Below are positions 24,327 through 34,507 of a stretch of 45,655 bases of DNA, piece by piece (position 1 is the stretch's first letter; every line of letters begins with the position of its first letter). Both the position numbers and the translations under genes were made by a program. The DNA is from Oscillospiraceae bacterium. Its GTDB lineage: Bacteria; Bacillota; Clostridia; Oscillospirales; Ruminococcaceae. The stretch is from assembly GCA_022508945.1 (NCBI GenBank), contig JAFLUE010000001.1, positions 2,861 to 48,515 of the forward strand, written 5' to 3'. The notes beneath the pieces are model-generated. The model saw nothing but the letters and a program-made list of their open reading frames with translations. It had not been told where the DNA came from and searched no databases.

Positions 24327-25382
24327 ATGGCAGATAATCTGGCAACAAGCTTCGGAGTTCTGAATTACTCCGGTATGCTTTTCAACAAGGGCAATACCCG
24401 CACTCCGCTCTCTTCTGTTATCGGAGGCAGAGCAAAAAATACCAATCACGTTGAGTTTGTTGTGGGGCAGAGTTACACCACCGAGGGCGGCGCACAGCCC
24501 GATATAAGCGAAAGCGCGTCGCTTACAGCTCCCGATGCGAGCGTTGTTACCCGCGAGCAGGAGACAAATGTAACTCAGATATTCCATGAATCCGTTGGCG
24601 TTTCATATGCGAAGCAGTCCAATATGGGAACGCTGTCCGGCGTAAATATCGCAAATCAGGCATCAAACCCGATAAACGAGCTTGATTTTCAGGTCGCGGC
24701 TAAGATGCAGAAAATCGCCCGCGATATTGAGTACACCTTTATCAACGGCGTTTACAACAAGGCGACTTCCGACACTACGGCAAACAAGACACGCGGACTT
24801 GTATCCGCTATCACCACCAACGTCAAGGCTATGGCGAATAAGCCTCTCGGCTTGTGGGATATCGCCGATATGGTGAAGAAGGTGTATGAGGGAAACGCGC
24901 CGACTACGGGGCTTTGCCTGTGGTGCGATGCGACTGCGCTGTTTCAGGTAAATGCGGACGCTGTTCAGAACGGACTTACCGTTGTTCCCGCGGCTCGTGA
25001 GATAAACGGCATAGCGCTCTCGAGTGTTGTAACACCTATCGGCGTTGTGTATCTGTACCTCGGCGAATGTTTGCCGAAAGGTACGGCGCTTCTGCTCAAT
25101 CTCGATGTTATAGCTCCCGTAAATCAGCCTACTCCCGGCAAGGGGAACTTTTTCCTTGAACTGCTCGCAAAGGTAGGCGCGGGCGAGAAATATCAGATCT
25201 TCGGTCAGCTCGGTCTCGACCACGGTCCCGAATGGTATCACGGCAAGTTTACGGGCATTTCCACTGAGTTCACTGCTCCGAATTACAGCCGCAGCGTATA
25301 TGTGGCGAATGCGAGTGAATTCTCTGCGGCTGCTATGTCTCTTGCGGCATCTAACGCAACTCCCGTTACCGAGAAAAAGTAA
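24327..25382 (+). CDS. Major capsid protein (DUF5309/SU10-like)
   Basis: 'TPLSSVIGG...NVTQIFHESV.VS...ELDFQV...IARDIEYTFING...TRGL'; 351 aa; follows the scaffold gene. Confidence 0.88.
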   Translation: MADNLATSFGVLNYSGMLFNKGNTRTPLSSVIGGRAKNTNHVEFVVGQSYTTEGGAQPDISESASLTAPDASVVTREQETNVTQIFHESVGVSYAKQSNMGTLSGVNIANQASNPINELDFQVAAKMQKIARDIEYTFINGVYNKATSDTTANKTRGLVSAITTNVKAMANKPLGLWDIADMVKKVYEGNAPTTGLCLWCDATALFQVNADAVQNGLTVVPAAREINGIALSSVVTPIGVVYLYLGECLPKGTALLLNLDVIAPVNQPTPGKGNFFLELLAKVGAGEKYQIFGQLGLDHGPEWYHGKFTGISTEFTAPNYSRSVYVANASEFSAAAMSLAASNATPVTEKK

Positions 25383-25399
25383 GTTAGGAGGTGAGCAGT

Positions 25400-25738
25400 A
25401 TGAATCGGGAAGTTATGAAGTCAAGGCTATCGGCGCTTACCGGAGAGACGGACGACAATATACTGCTCACCTTTCTTGACATAGCGGCTGAAAAGGTGCT
25501 GTCAAAGTGTTATCCGTTTCGCCGTGATGACGATGATGATATTAATGATATCAGGCGCGAGGTCCCCGCAAAATATCACGGAACGCAGCTTGAGATCGCG
25601 GTGTATCTGCTTAATAAGCGGGGCGCTGAGGGCGAAACAGCGCACAACGAGAACGGTATCAACCGTTCTTATGAGAGCGCAAGTGTTCCCGATTCAATGC
25701 TTAAAGGCATTGTTCCGTTTGTCTCGGTGCTTTTGTAG
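25400..25738 (+). CDS. Head-tail connector (gp15-like adaptor)
   Basis: 'IAVYLLNKRGAEGETAHNENGINRSY'. Confidence 0.85.
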   Translation: MNREVMKSRLSALTGETDDNILLTFLDIAAEKVLSKCYPFRRDDDDDINDIRREVPAKYHGTQLEIAVYLLNKRGAEGETAHNENGINRSYESASVPDSMLKGIVPFVSVLL

Positions 25739-25755
25739 AAAGTCGGGGTGAGCTT

Positions 25756-26130
25756 ATGAAGTGTATGGAGAGAAACAAGAGCGTTTTTTACTACGCGCTT
25801 TTCAAAGAGAAAGTTCCCTGCAAGGACGACGAAGGCAACGATACCGGCGAGGAGCGGATTGTGTACGAAGCCCCTGCCCCTATGAGGGCGAATATATCTG
25901 CCGCAACTGGCGCTTCAAACATAGAGCAGTTCGGCAGCGACCTTAAATATGACAAGGTTATCGTAATAGATGATAATAAATGTCCAATTAACGAAAACTC
26001 CGTTCTTTTTGTGGACGCTCCGCCCAGCCAAGATGAAGACGGGAATTTCTTGTTTGACTACATTGTGAAGAAAATAGCTCGTTCTTTGAACAGCATTTCT
26101 ATCGCAATAAGTAAGGTTGAGGTATCCTGA
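25756..26130 (+). CDS. Head closure protein (gp16-like)
   Basis: Synteny, size and beta-rich sequence. Confidence 0.65.
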   Translation: MKCMERNKSVFYYALFKEKVPCKDDEGNDTGEERIVYEAPAPMRANISAATGASNIEQFGSDLKYDKVIVIDDNKCPINENSVLFVDAPPSQDEDGNFLFDYIVKKIARSLNSISIAISKVEVS

Positions 26131-26655
26131 ATGCGGGTTAAAGTTTCGGGAGCGGACAGACTTATAAAGCGGTTGAAGGCGTATCAGAAAACGCTTGAAG
26201 ATAAGCAGCACCGCTTGTTGGAAGAACTCGCCAAGATCGGAATAGATGTCGCTTCGGTAAAGTTTCAGACAGCGCAGTATGACGGTGAAAACGATGTTGT
26301 TGTGAACAACTCTCCCGAATGGGTCGGGGAAAACAAGCTCTTTATTACCGCGACAGGCAATGCGGTTATGTTCATTGAGTTCGGCACGGGAGTGCATTAT
26401 TCCGAGCAGCACCCGAAAGCCGCGGAACTCGGAGCTGTCCGAGGAACTTACGGGCAGGGCAAAGGCTCTCGCGACAGTTGGGGATATTACGGCTCTCCCG
26501 GAACAAACGGGCGGGTCGTGAAAGAAACAGACAAGGGGACGGTAGTTCTCACTCACGGAAATCCTCCGGCTCGCGCATTGTACGACTCGACAAAAGAAAT
26601 GCGGGATAAGATAAAGCAAGTCGCTCGGGAGGTGTTCGGCAGTGATAGACATTGA
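26131..26655 (+). CDS. Neck/tail completion protein (HK97 gp10-like)
   Basis: 'MFIEFGTGV...THGNPPAR.LY' motif. Confidence 0.8.
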   Translation: MRVKVSGADRLIKRLKAYQKTLEDKQHRLLEELAKIGIDVASVKFQTAQYDGENDVVVNNSPEWVGENKLFITATGNAVMFIEFGTGVHYSEQHPKAAELGAVRGTYGQGKGSRDSWGYYGSPGTNGRVVKETDKGTVVLTHGNPPARALYDSTKEMRDKIKQVAREVFGSDRH

Positions 26656-27043
26656 AAACGAGGTTTTTACAAAAGTCGCTGCCGCGCTTCGTGAGCGGTT
26701 TCCGAAAATAACGGTTGAGAGCGTTACCACATACAGCCCGTCAAAATTCCCGTTTGTGTGTATTGAGGAAGCGGATAACTACTCGTATCAGTCCACACGG
26801 GACAGCGGCAGCAGCGAAAATCACGTTACCGTTATGTACGAGGTAAACGTCTATTCCAACAAGGCAAACGGCAAGAAGGCTGAATGCAAGGCGATTATTG
26901 CCGTAGTTGATGAAATAATGATAGGCTTAGGGTTTGTCCGAATTACCAAAAAACCTGTCAATTTAGACAGTGCGACCAAATATCGCATTGCTGCAAGATA
27001 TTCGGCGGTCGTGTCCAAAACACATAATATTTACAGGAGGTAA
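26642..27043 (+). CDS. Tail terminator protein
   Basis: 'PSKFPFV...YEVNVYS...VDEIM..LGF.R...RY' and synteny. Confidence 0.75.
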   Translation: MIDIENEVFTKVAAALRERFPKITVESVTTYSPSKFPFVCIEEADNYSYQSTRDSGSSENHVTVMYEVNVYSNKANGKKAECKAIIAVVDEIMIGLGFVRITKKPVNLDSATKYRIAARYSAVVSKTHNIYRR

Positions 27044-27048
27044 CAAAA

Positions 27049-27474
27049 ATGGCTATTTCTACCTATAAGGTGTTTCTTATGCAGAAAAAGGCTGAGGAGT
27101 GGGAAAAACTCATTGACATTAAGGATTTCCCCGACCTCGGCGGCGCTCCCGAAATGCTTGAAACAACCACGCTTTCGGACAGTATGCAGACATATATCCC
27201 GGGTATTCAGAGCCTTGAGGCTCTCGAATTTACCGCAAATTACACAAAAGAGGATTTCGCAAAGCTCGAGGCGCTCAAAGAACAGGAGCTTGAGTTTGCG
27301 GTATGGTTTGGCGGTACAACAGAGGGTAAGGTGATTACACCCGACGGCTCGGAGGGAAAATTTGAGTTCAGCGGACGACTTTCCGTGTTCGTTGTCGGCG
27401 GCGGTGTAAATGAGGTCGTTAATATGACTGTAACCATCGCGCCGTCTACGGCTATCACAGTGGCATCCGAATAA
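27049..27474 (+). CDS. Major tail (tube) protein
   Basis: 'FPDLGGAPEMLETTTLSD...YIPGIQ...FTANY...GGGVNEV'. Confidence 0.88.
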   Translation: MAISTYKVFLMQKKAEEWEKLIDIKDFPDLGGAPEMLETTTLSDSMQTYIPGIQSLEALEFTANYTKEDFAKLEALKEQELEFAVWFGGTTEGKVITPDGSEGKFEFSGRLSVFVVGGGVNEVVNMTVTIAPSTAITVASE

Positions 27475-27495
27475 GGCAAACAGGAGGACTGAATT

Positions 27496-27825
27496 ATGGC
27501 AAAGACCATTACAATCAACTTTGAGGGTACCGAATACACCTTAGAGTTCACGAGAAAATCCATTGAAACTATGGAGAAGCAGGGCTTTGTTGTCGGAGAC
27601 ATCGCCGAAAAGCCTATGTCTACGCTCCCTGTTCTGTTTGCGGGTGCGTTCTTGGCGCATCACAGATTTGTTAAGAAAGATATTGTTGACAAAATCTTCG
27701 CAAAACTTACCAACAAGCAGGAGTTTATTCAAAAACTTGCTGAAATGTACAGCGAGCCGCTTGAGGCTATGATGGACGAGCCGGAGGAATCCGAGGGAAA
27801 CCTGACCTGGGGAGCGAGCTGGTAA
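27496..27825 (+). CDS. Tail assembly chaperone (gpG-like)
   Basis: Between tail tube and tape measure; slippery site G GGA AAC near the 3' end. Confidence 0.8.
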   Translation: MAKTITINFEGTEYTLEFTRKSIETMEKQGFVVGDIAEKPMSTLPVLFAGAFLAHHRFVKKDIVDKIFAKLTNKQEFIQKLAEMYSEPLEAMMDEPEESEGNLTWGASW

Positions 27826-28262
27826 GCGGCTCCCCTTCGGGAAATAGCACTTCTGTTTCCTATACAGAGCAATTCTATAAACACTTTCCGTTTTACTTAT
27901 CCATAGGAATGACTTACGACCAATATTGGAACGGGGATTGTTGTTTGGTTAAGTACTACAGAAAAGCTCATGAGCTGAAGCGCAAAGAACGCAATCAAGA
28001 ATTATGGCTTCAGGGACTTTATTTCTACGAAGCTCTTTGCGACGTTTCCCCCGTGCTTCACGCATTCGCCAAGAAAGGGACTAAGCCAACGTCATATCCC
28101 GCAGAACCTTACGCTTTGACAATTAAGGAGGTTAAAGATAAAAAAGAGCGTGAAGAACGGCTTCGGGTCGATAAAATGAAAGCAAAAATGGCGGCTTGGG
28201 CTGCTAAGACAAATATTCGGATGGCGATCAAGGCTGAAAGGGGGACAAAACCGAATGGATGA
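27795..28262 (+). CDS. Tail assembly chaperone gpT part, reached by -1 frameshift at GGGAAAC (27795-27801)
   Basis: The -1 frame from the slippery heptamer is open and continuous with ORF 27909..28262. Confidence 0.75.
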   Translation, partial: GKPDLGSELVSGSPSGNSTSVSYTEQFYKHFPFYLSIGMTYDQYWNGDCCLVKYYRKAHELKRKERNQELWLQGLYFYEALCDVSPVLHAFAKKGTKPTSYPAEPYALTIKEVKDKKEREERLRVDKMKAKMAAWAAKTNIRMAIKAERGTKPNG

Positions 28263-31059
28263 TAATGTTGTTGACAGCCTGCGGATAGAGATTACGGGCG
28301 ACTCTGGCAAGGCGGCAAATAGCATTGAAAAGCTGATATCTACGCTGGAAAGGCTGAAAACCGCGACAAGCGGCGCAAGTAATGTCACGAAAACGCTTGA
28401 ATCCTCTTTTCAAAAAGCAACGTCGGGCAGCGCTTCTGCCCTGAAATCCGTAAGCTCAAAGACAGGCGAATTAAAGAACGCGGTTTCGGGCGTTGCGGAG
28501 AAGTATAGGTTGATTACAAATGAAATAAACAAAACCAACGCAAAGCTTGACGCTCTGTATGACCGCGAAAGAAAAATGGACGCTCTTGGCGAGTCCAAAT
28601 ATTCTAAGTCGTGGAAATCTCTGCAATATGACATAGAACAAGCTGAACAAAAGCTCGCTTATTTCAAGGAGAAGCAGGAACAGATATTAAATGATGGCTC
28701 GGCATTTGTTCAAACGCCCGGTGTAAATGTAGATACATTTGTCAGAGCAAAGTCGCAGGCTGACCTGCTTAAAATGAAAATTAAGGAGACTAAGAACAAG
28801 CTTCAGGAGCTTCTTAACTCGGGGAATACCGACAGCTCCGCGGTCGCAAATCTTGTGTCTCAAATAAAAGGCTTGGAAAGCAAGCTCGCGGGGGCTACTC
28901 AAAAGGGGAAAGCATTTAAGAAGGTTTTAAGCGGGATCAGCACGGCGGCAAAAGGCGTGGCAAAGGGAGTGGGTACAGTTTTCGGGAAAACTGCTCTTTT
29001 GCCCATACATAAGTTTGGAAATGCAGTCAAAAACGCCGGAAGCAAGGTGGGCGGTCTCTTTTCGATGTTTAAGAGAAGAGTATTGATGCGGAGTATAAAT
29101 GCCGTTATAAGCACAATTACATCGGGCTTCAAAGAGGGTACGGCCAACGTCTATCAGTACAGTAAAGCGCTCGGAGGCACGCTTGCTTCCTCTCTTGACA
29201 GCATTTCTACAAGTTTTCTGTATCTGAAAAACAGTATCGGCGCTATGGTCTCGCCGCTTATAAACATGGCGGCTCCCGCAATTGATTATGTTATTGATAA
29301 GTTTGTTGACCTTCTGAACACTGTTAATCAGGTGTTCGCGAAGCTTTCGGGAGCAAGTACCTGGACGAAAGCGGTAAGATACCCGACAGAATATGCCGAG
29401 GCAGCAGACGCGGCTACCGCCGCAAACAAGGAACTTAAAAAGTCCATTCTCGGTATTGACGAGCTGAACACACTTACCGACAATAACTCATCAAGCGGAT
29501 CGGGTTCGGGCAGCGGAATGGACTACTCGAAGATGTTCGAGGAAGTCGAACTCGCCGAGATCAACAACCCTTTTAAGGATATGTTCAAGCCTTTTGCGGA
29601 CGCTTGGGCGAACGAAGGGCAGAATACTATAAATTCCATTAAGAAAGCTTTTAGCGGAATGAAGGGGTTCATTTCCGCGGTCAAGGAAAGTTTTCATGAT
29701 GTTTGGACTAATGGAACGGGTCAGCAAACTGTAGAAACAGTTTTACGAATTTTTCAAGATCTTCTGAACTGCGTGGGAAATATAGGCTCCTCTCTGAAAA
29801 AGGCGTGGAAAGCAAACAATAACGGGAAGAAGATTTTACAGAATATCTGGAATATCTTCAATGACATTCTCGGCTTTATTGAGGGGATATACGGAGCAAC
29901 AGCCGATTGGCTCGCGTTTGTTGACTTTACTCCGCTTATGACAGCGTTTGGGGGCTGTACGGCGGCGTTGGAGCCTTTGGCTGATCTGATCGGCAATACG
30001 CTGAGTTGGCTATACCAAACGGTGCTTCTGCCTATTGCTTCCTGGACTATCGAGGAAGCCGCCCCCGCGTCTATTGACGCAATAACTGCGGCATTGGAGG
30101 CTTTACAGAAGTTCTTACAGCCTTTATTTGACGGTTTTGATCAGCTATGGAACGGTCTGAAGCCTATTGTCAAATGGGTCGAGGATATCGTAATTGTTGC
30201 TGTCAAAGGGGTTAAGTCCATCTTTGAAAAACTTGCCGCCACTTTTCAGGAAAAAGGCGAAAAAATACAGAATATAGTTACGGGTATCGGCGAAATAATT
30301 GCCGCATTGTGGCCTTTCCTTGAGCCGGTTTTCAATCTGCTTACAGAATGTGTAAGTGTTGCATTCGATTTTATCGGGGACACGATCGGAGGCGTAATCG
30401 GGTTTGTGATCGATATTTTGTCGGGGCTTACAGACTTTTTAGCCGGAGTGTTTACGGGCGATTGGGATAGGGCTTGGAAAGGACTTCAAGACATTTTCAT
30501 TAACGTATGGGAAGGAATCTGCGGTCTCTTTACATACGGCGTAAACAATATGCTGCTCAGCATGGAGGGCATGACAAACGGCGTTATAAAGGGTCTTAAC
30601 AACATGATAAACGAGCTGAATAAGCTCACATTTACTGTTCCCGACTGGATACCCGATATCGGCGGTAAAAAATTTGGTTTCAACATCAAGAACATCTCCG
30701 AGGTTTCGTTTCCCCGAGTGGCGGACGCAAGGGATTTTCTTCCTCGCTTGGCGGACGGCGGCATGGTAAACGCGGGAACAGCTTTTATCGCGGGCGAGGC
30801 GGGAGCCGAGGTCGTCGCAAATATCGGCAAGCGCACAGGCGTAATGAACATCGACCAGATGAGAGAAAGCGTAGAACAGGGTGTTATTGACGCCAACGCC
30901 GAGCAGAACGCTCTTTTGAGAGAGGAGATCGGTATTCTTCGGAAAATTCTTGACAAGGATGTCCCGTATTCGTCTTACGGCGGCGCGAAAAGCATTATAA
31001 GCGATATTGAACGAAAGAACAGGCGCGACGGAAAGACTGTCATTCCCGTAGGCGTATAA
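28255..31059 (+). CDS. Tape measure protein
   Basis: 934 aa, helical Ala/Gly-rich with periodic Trp/Phe; 'GIDELN' motif; follows the chaperones. Confidence 0.9.
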   Translation: MDDNVVDSLRIEITGDSGKAANSIEKLISTLERLKTATSGASNVTKTLESSFQKATSGSASALKSVSSKTGELKNAVSGVAEKYRLITNEINKTNAKLDALYDRERKMDALGESKYSKSWKSLQYDIEQAEQKLAYFKEKQEQILNDGSAFVQTPGVNVDTFVRAKSQADLLKMKIKETKNKLQELLNSGNTDSSAVANLVSQIKGLESKLAGATQKGKAFKKVLSGISTAAKGVAKGVGTVFGKTALLPIHKFGNAVKNAGSKVGGLFSMFKRRVLMRSINAVISTITSGFKEGTANVYQYSKALGGTLASSLDSISTSFLYLKNSIGAMVSPLINMAAPAIDYVIDKFVDLLNTVNQVFAKLSGASTWTKAVRYPTEYAEAADAATAANKELKKSILGIDELNTLTDNNSSSGSGSGSGMDYSKMFEEVELAEINNPFKDMFKPFADAWANEGQNTINSIKKAFSGMKGFISAVKESFHDVWTNGTGQQTVETVLRIFQDLLNCVGNIGSSLKKAWKANNNGKKILQNIWNIFNDILGFIEGIYGATADWLAFVDFTPLMTAFGGCTAALEPLADLIGNTLSWLYQTVLLPIASWTIEEAAPASIDAITAALEALQKFLQPLFDGFDQLWNGLKPIVKWVEDIVIVAVKGVKSIFEKLAATFQEKGEKIQNIVTGIGEIIAALWPFLEPVFNLLTECVSVAFDFIGDTIGGVIGFVIDILSGLTDFLAGVFTGDWDRAWKGLQDIFINVWEGICGLFTYGVNNMLLSMEGMTNGVIKGLNNMINELNKLTFTVPDWIPDIGGKKFGFNIKNISEVSFPRVADARDFLPRLADGGMVNAGTAFIAGEAGAEVVANIGKRTGVMNIDQMRESVEQGVIDANAEQNALLREEIGILRKILDKDVPYSSYGGAKSIISDIERKNRRDGKTVIPVGV

Positions 31060-31075
31060 AAGGAGGGATACTTGA

Positions 31076-31456
31076 ATGGCTCAATATGTGGAAGCAAATC
31101 CAATTCGTTCCGTAAACGGAAAAGCTGTCAAGTGTCCCTCATCGTATCTCTGGAAGCTTGAAGATGTTTCCGCCTCGGACGCGGGACGCACGGAAGATAC
31201 CGTAATGCACAAAAAGCGCGTCGGTCAGCTCGTGGGACTTGAACTATCGTGGCAGAATATCACAACCGAGGACGTTTCCGAGCTTCTGCAAGCCTTTAAC
31301 CCGGAGTACATAACCGTGTGCTATCTGGACGCAATGCAGGGAAAATATGTGACCTCCGAGTTTTATGTCGGAAACCGTTCTGCTCCCATGTATAACGCTG
31401 TCAGGGGACTGTGGTCAAATCTTTCGTTCAACATCATAGAAAGGTCGGGTGTCTGA
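31076..31456 (+). CDS. Distal tail protein (Dit-like)
   Basis: Follows TMP; 'DAGRTED..MH...FYVGNRS...LSFNIIE'. Confidence 0.7.
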   Translation: MAQYVEANPIRSVNGKAVKCPSSYLWKLEDVSASDAGRTEDTVMHKKRVGQLVGLELSWQNITTEDVSELLQAFNPEYITVCYLDAMQGKYVTSEFYVGNRSAPMYNAVRGLWSNLSFNIIERSGV

Positions 31457-34262
31457 TATGGCATACCCTATTTCGCGGGAAGCACTCGATCTGTTTAATA
31501 AGCTTTACAGACAGGTCGCTGACATAAGCTTTTACGGACTGAGCGAGGAATTGCATATCACCGATGAGGACATTATTCTCGGCGGTTTATCCGTAAACCG
31601 TTACTGCGTTTCGGGAAGCAAAATTGAGATCGGCTCTGTAGTGGCTTCCGAGCTTGAACTGAAGCTCAATAACGCGGACGGTCGCTTTAACAGCGTACTT
31701 TTCGAGGGCGCTGAGCTATATGTTCGTGTAGGTACGAAAAAGTGGGACGCTCGCCGCTGGGAAAACGCCAAGTATCACTATGTCCCATTCGGTTATTTTA
31801 CTGTTGACGAAGCGCCCCGCAAGCTCGAGATCATAACGCTTAAAGCGCTTGATCGAATGGTGTTATTCGACAAGACCGTTGATATGAACCTGTTGTCTTT
31901 TCCCATGACGGTAAACGACTTGCTTATCCGCATTTGCAATATATGTAACGTGCCTTTGGGAACAAATATATCCATACTTCCGAATCACTCTTATGTAATT
32001 AATGAAGCTCCGGTAAGTGATGATTTGACATATCGGCAGTTGCTTTCATGGATCGCGGAATTAACGGGGACCTGTGGTTTTATTGATTGGAACGGATATC
32101 TTATTCTGAAATGGTACGAACAAACCGATACCACGCTTACGGTAAAAGACCGTTTCAACTCCGATATAGAGGAGAATGCTATTGTCATTACGGGAGTTCA
32201 GATCGTTGCTGAAGAAGAAATTTATCTTGAAGGAGACGACGGATATGCCTTTAATATTGAATCCAATGAGTTGATCCAACATGATTATCGTGAAGTAGCA
32301 CAGGCTCTGTACTCGGTACTCGGAGGGTTCTCATACACTCCTTTCTCGGCTTCGGTTAAGCCCATGCCGCACCTTTATCCGCTTGATATGATCGTTTTTG
32401 TTGACAAAAACGGGATAAACCGCACGACTATAATCACCGATTACACATTTACGCTTAACGCGAATACGGATCTTGAAGGTAAAGGAGAAACAGCAACAAG
32501 AAGCGGCTATGCTTTGGCAAACCCGCTTACCAAGCGTGAGTCTGCGATTATCAGTAACCTTAAAAAGGAACAAAACAAAACCTTAAACAGTCGGATACAG
32601 GCGGTCCTCGCTTTAAATGAAACGATTGCAAACTCTCTCGGATTATACGAGACCGCCATAGAGCAAGCAAATGGAAGCATTATAACATATTACCACAATG
32701 AGCCGTCTCTTGAAGAAAGCAGCATCATTTATGTGCGAAATGCGGGAGGTTTTGCATGGACGCACGATTGGAATAACGGGGCTCCTGTTTGGGAATACGG
32801 TTTTACACAAGACGGTAACGCGGTATACAATGCTCTTTCTGCTTGGAAGATCCAAACGCAGTACTTGGACGCTGAATGTGTAAGAGCGGAAAACATTTCA
32901 ATGGAGTACCGCCAGTCGGTACAAAATAATATTAATACTTCTGCAAAAGAGCTACAGCAGGACTTTACGGCGCGTTTTGGGGAATTAAGAAGTTCGATTA
33001 CAGAGACTCTTAAGAATTATTCGACCACTGAGGAAACGAATAGCCTTATCCGGCAAACCGCTGATAGTATCGCGCTGAGTGTATCGAAAACACTTAATGA
33101 CTATTCCACAACTCAGCAGATGCAAAGCGCCATCACACAGACCTCGGACAGTATAATGCTTGAAGTCAATAAAAAGGTCAACGACTCGGAATTCGGCACA
33201 AAGATCACGCAAAACTACTCCTCGGTCCGTATCGCATGGAACTCGATATCAAAGTATATCGAGTTTGCGGGCGGAGAACTGAATATTTATGAGTCTGCCG
33301 CTCAAGGCTCGGATAATCTTTTGATGAAGCTCAACAGTACGGGCGCTTGGTATTACAACAGAGGCGCAACGATAGGCAAGATCGGCACAAACAGATGGAG
33401 CGGCGACGACTCTTTCAGAGGTCTTGTATTTGATTTGGAAAGCGAAGCGGATTATATGTGCTGGGCGCATAGGGAAACCGCATCAGCAGACGTATACACC
33501 GTAAAATTGATCTATTATGCAAATGACCGCCGAGAAAAAGAAGGGCTGCATTTTGATTGTGCAACTTATTGCAGCGGAAATCTGTATATTAACGATTATG
33601 TACGAACAGTAGATTATTCGGACGGCAGCGGGGGGCTTTATTCGGAAAACCGCTCTGTGGTAATACGCGGAAGCGGAGGGAGTTTTACTTGCGGAAGCGG
33701 TTTTACTTTCGGAAACAGCACAAACAAGCTCGTAGACTGCTATAACAATATCGACCTGCATAATTACTCTATCCTCAATCAGTCCGACGCGAGATACAAA
33801 AAGAACATCGAGCCGACAAGCATAGACGCGATATCCGCTTTGTCGGCAATTGAATTAAAATCGTTTGATTGGATAGAAAGCGGCGAACACAGTAATATAG
33901 GCTTTATAGCTCAGCAACTGCAAGAGGTCATACCCGATCTTGTAGACGAAAACAAGCAAACAGGGCGTTTATCGGTAAAAACCGACAAGCTGATACCGTA
34001 CCTTGTAAAAGCTGTTCAGGAGCTTTCGAGCATTGTTTCAAACGGTGCTATAGCTTCGGAGAGATCTGTTTTCGTAAGCTCCGCTTTAAGAACAAATAAC
34101 ATATCGGAAACGATAAGTGAGTGGACTGATACTTACACTGACGAGGAAAAAAGACAGTTTATAGCGTACAATCAGCCACAGCCCGAGCCTGAAACAGTTG
34201 AGAGCAAGCCGGTTATGATACCGATTTCACATGCAACAATCAAGGAGGTTGACGAAAGATGA
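31449..34262 (+). CDS. Tail tip/hub (Tal-like) protein with coiled coil and C-terminal S74 intramolecular chaperone domain
   Basis: 'SDARYKKNIEP...FDWI...IGFIAQQLQEV.P.LV...LIPYLVKAVQEL'. Confidence 0.8.
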   Translation: MSDMAYPISREALDLFNKLYRQVADISFYGLSEELHITDEDIILGGLSVNRYCVSGSKIEIGSVVASELELKLNNADGRFNSVLFEGAELYVRVGTKKWDARRWENAKYHYVPFGYFTVDEAPRKLEIITLKALDRMVLFDKTVDMNLLSFPMTVNDLLIRICNICNVPLGTNISILPNHSYVINEAPVSDDLTYRQLLSWIAELTGTCGFIDWNGYLILKWYEQTDTTLTVKDRFNSDIEENAIVITGVQIVAEEEIYLEGDDGYAFNIESNELIQHDYREVAQALYSVLGGFSYTPFSASVKPMPHLYPLDMIVFVDKNGINRTTIITDYTFTLNANTDLEGKGETATRSGYALANPLTKRESAIISNLKKEQNKTLNSRIQAVLALNETIANSLGLYETAIEQANGSIITYYHNEPSLEESSIIYVRNAGGFAWTHDWNNGAPVWEYGFTQDGNAVYNALSAWKIQTQYLDAECVRAENISMEYRQSVQNNINTSAKELQQDFTARFGELRSSITETLKNYSTTEETNSLIRQTADSIALSVSKTLNDYSTTQQMQSAITQTSDSIMLEVNKKVNDSEFGTKITQNYSSVRIAWNSISKYIEFAGGELNIYESAAQGSDNLLMKLNSTGAWYYNRGATIGKIGTNRWSGDDSFRGLVFDLESEADYMCWAHRETASADVYTVKLIYYANDRREKEGLHFDCATYCSGNLYINDYVRTVDYSDGSGGLYSENRSVVIRGSGGSFTCGSGFTFGNSTNKLVDCYNNIDLHNYSILNQSDARYKKNIEPTSIDAISALSAIELKSFDWIESGEHSNIGFIAQQLQEVIPDLVDENKQTGRLSVKTDKLIPYLVKAVQELSSIVSNGAIASERSVFVSSALRTNNISETISEWTDTYTDEEKRQFIAYNQPQPEPETVESKPVMIPISHATIKEVDER

Positions 34263-34489
34263 ATAAAATACCGTTAAGTGTTTTAATGGAACACGCACGG
34301 GGAAAGCTCATACAGGCTTTTAATCAGGTGATAGACGAGACAAAGCTCCCCGCGTATTTGTATGAGGGAATGATCCTCGAACTGCTTTCTGATGTGAGAA
34401 GCCGCAAGAACCTTGAAATTATTTCGGATCTGAACGTTATGGAAAGAAAAGAAGATATGGAGAGCGAAAAAAGTGTAGGTCAAAATTAA
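34259..34489 (+). CDS. Hypothetical tail-module protein
   Basis: Coupled ORF with RBS AGGAGG. Confidence 0.6.
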   Translation: MNKIPLSVLMEHARGKLIQAFNQVIDETKLPAYLYEGMILELLSDVRSRKNLEIISDLNVMERKEDMESEKSVGQN

Positions 34490-34507
34490 GGTTTTAGAGG
34501 TGTAAAA

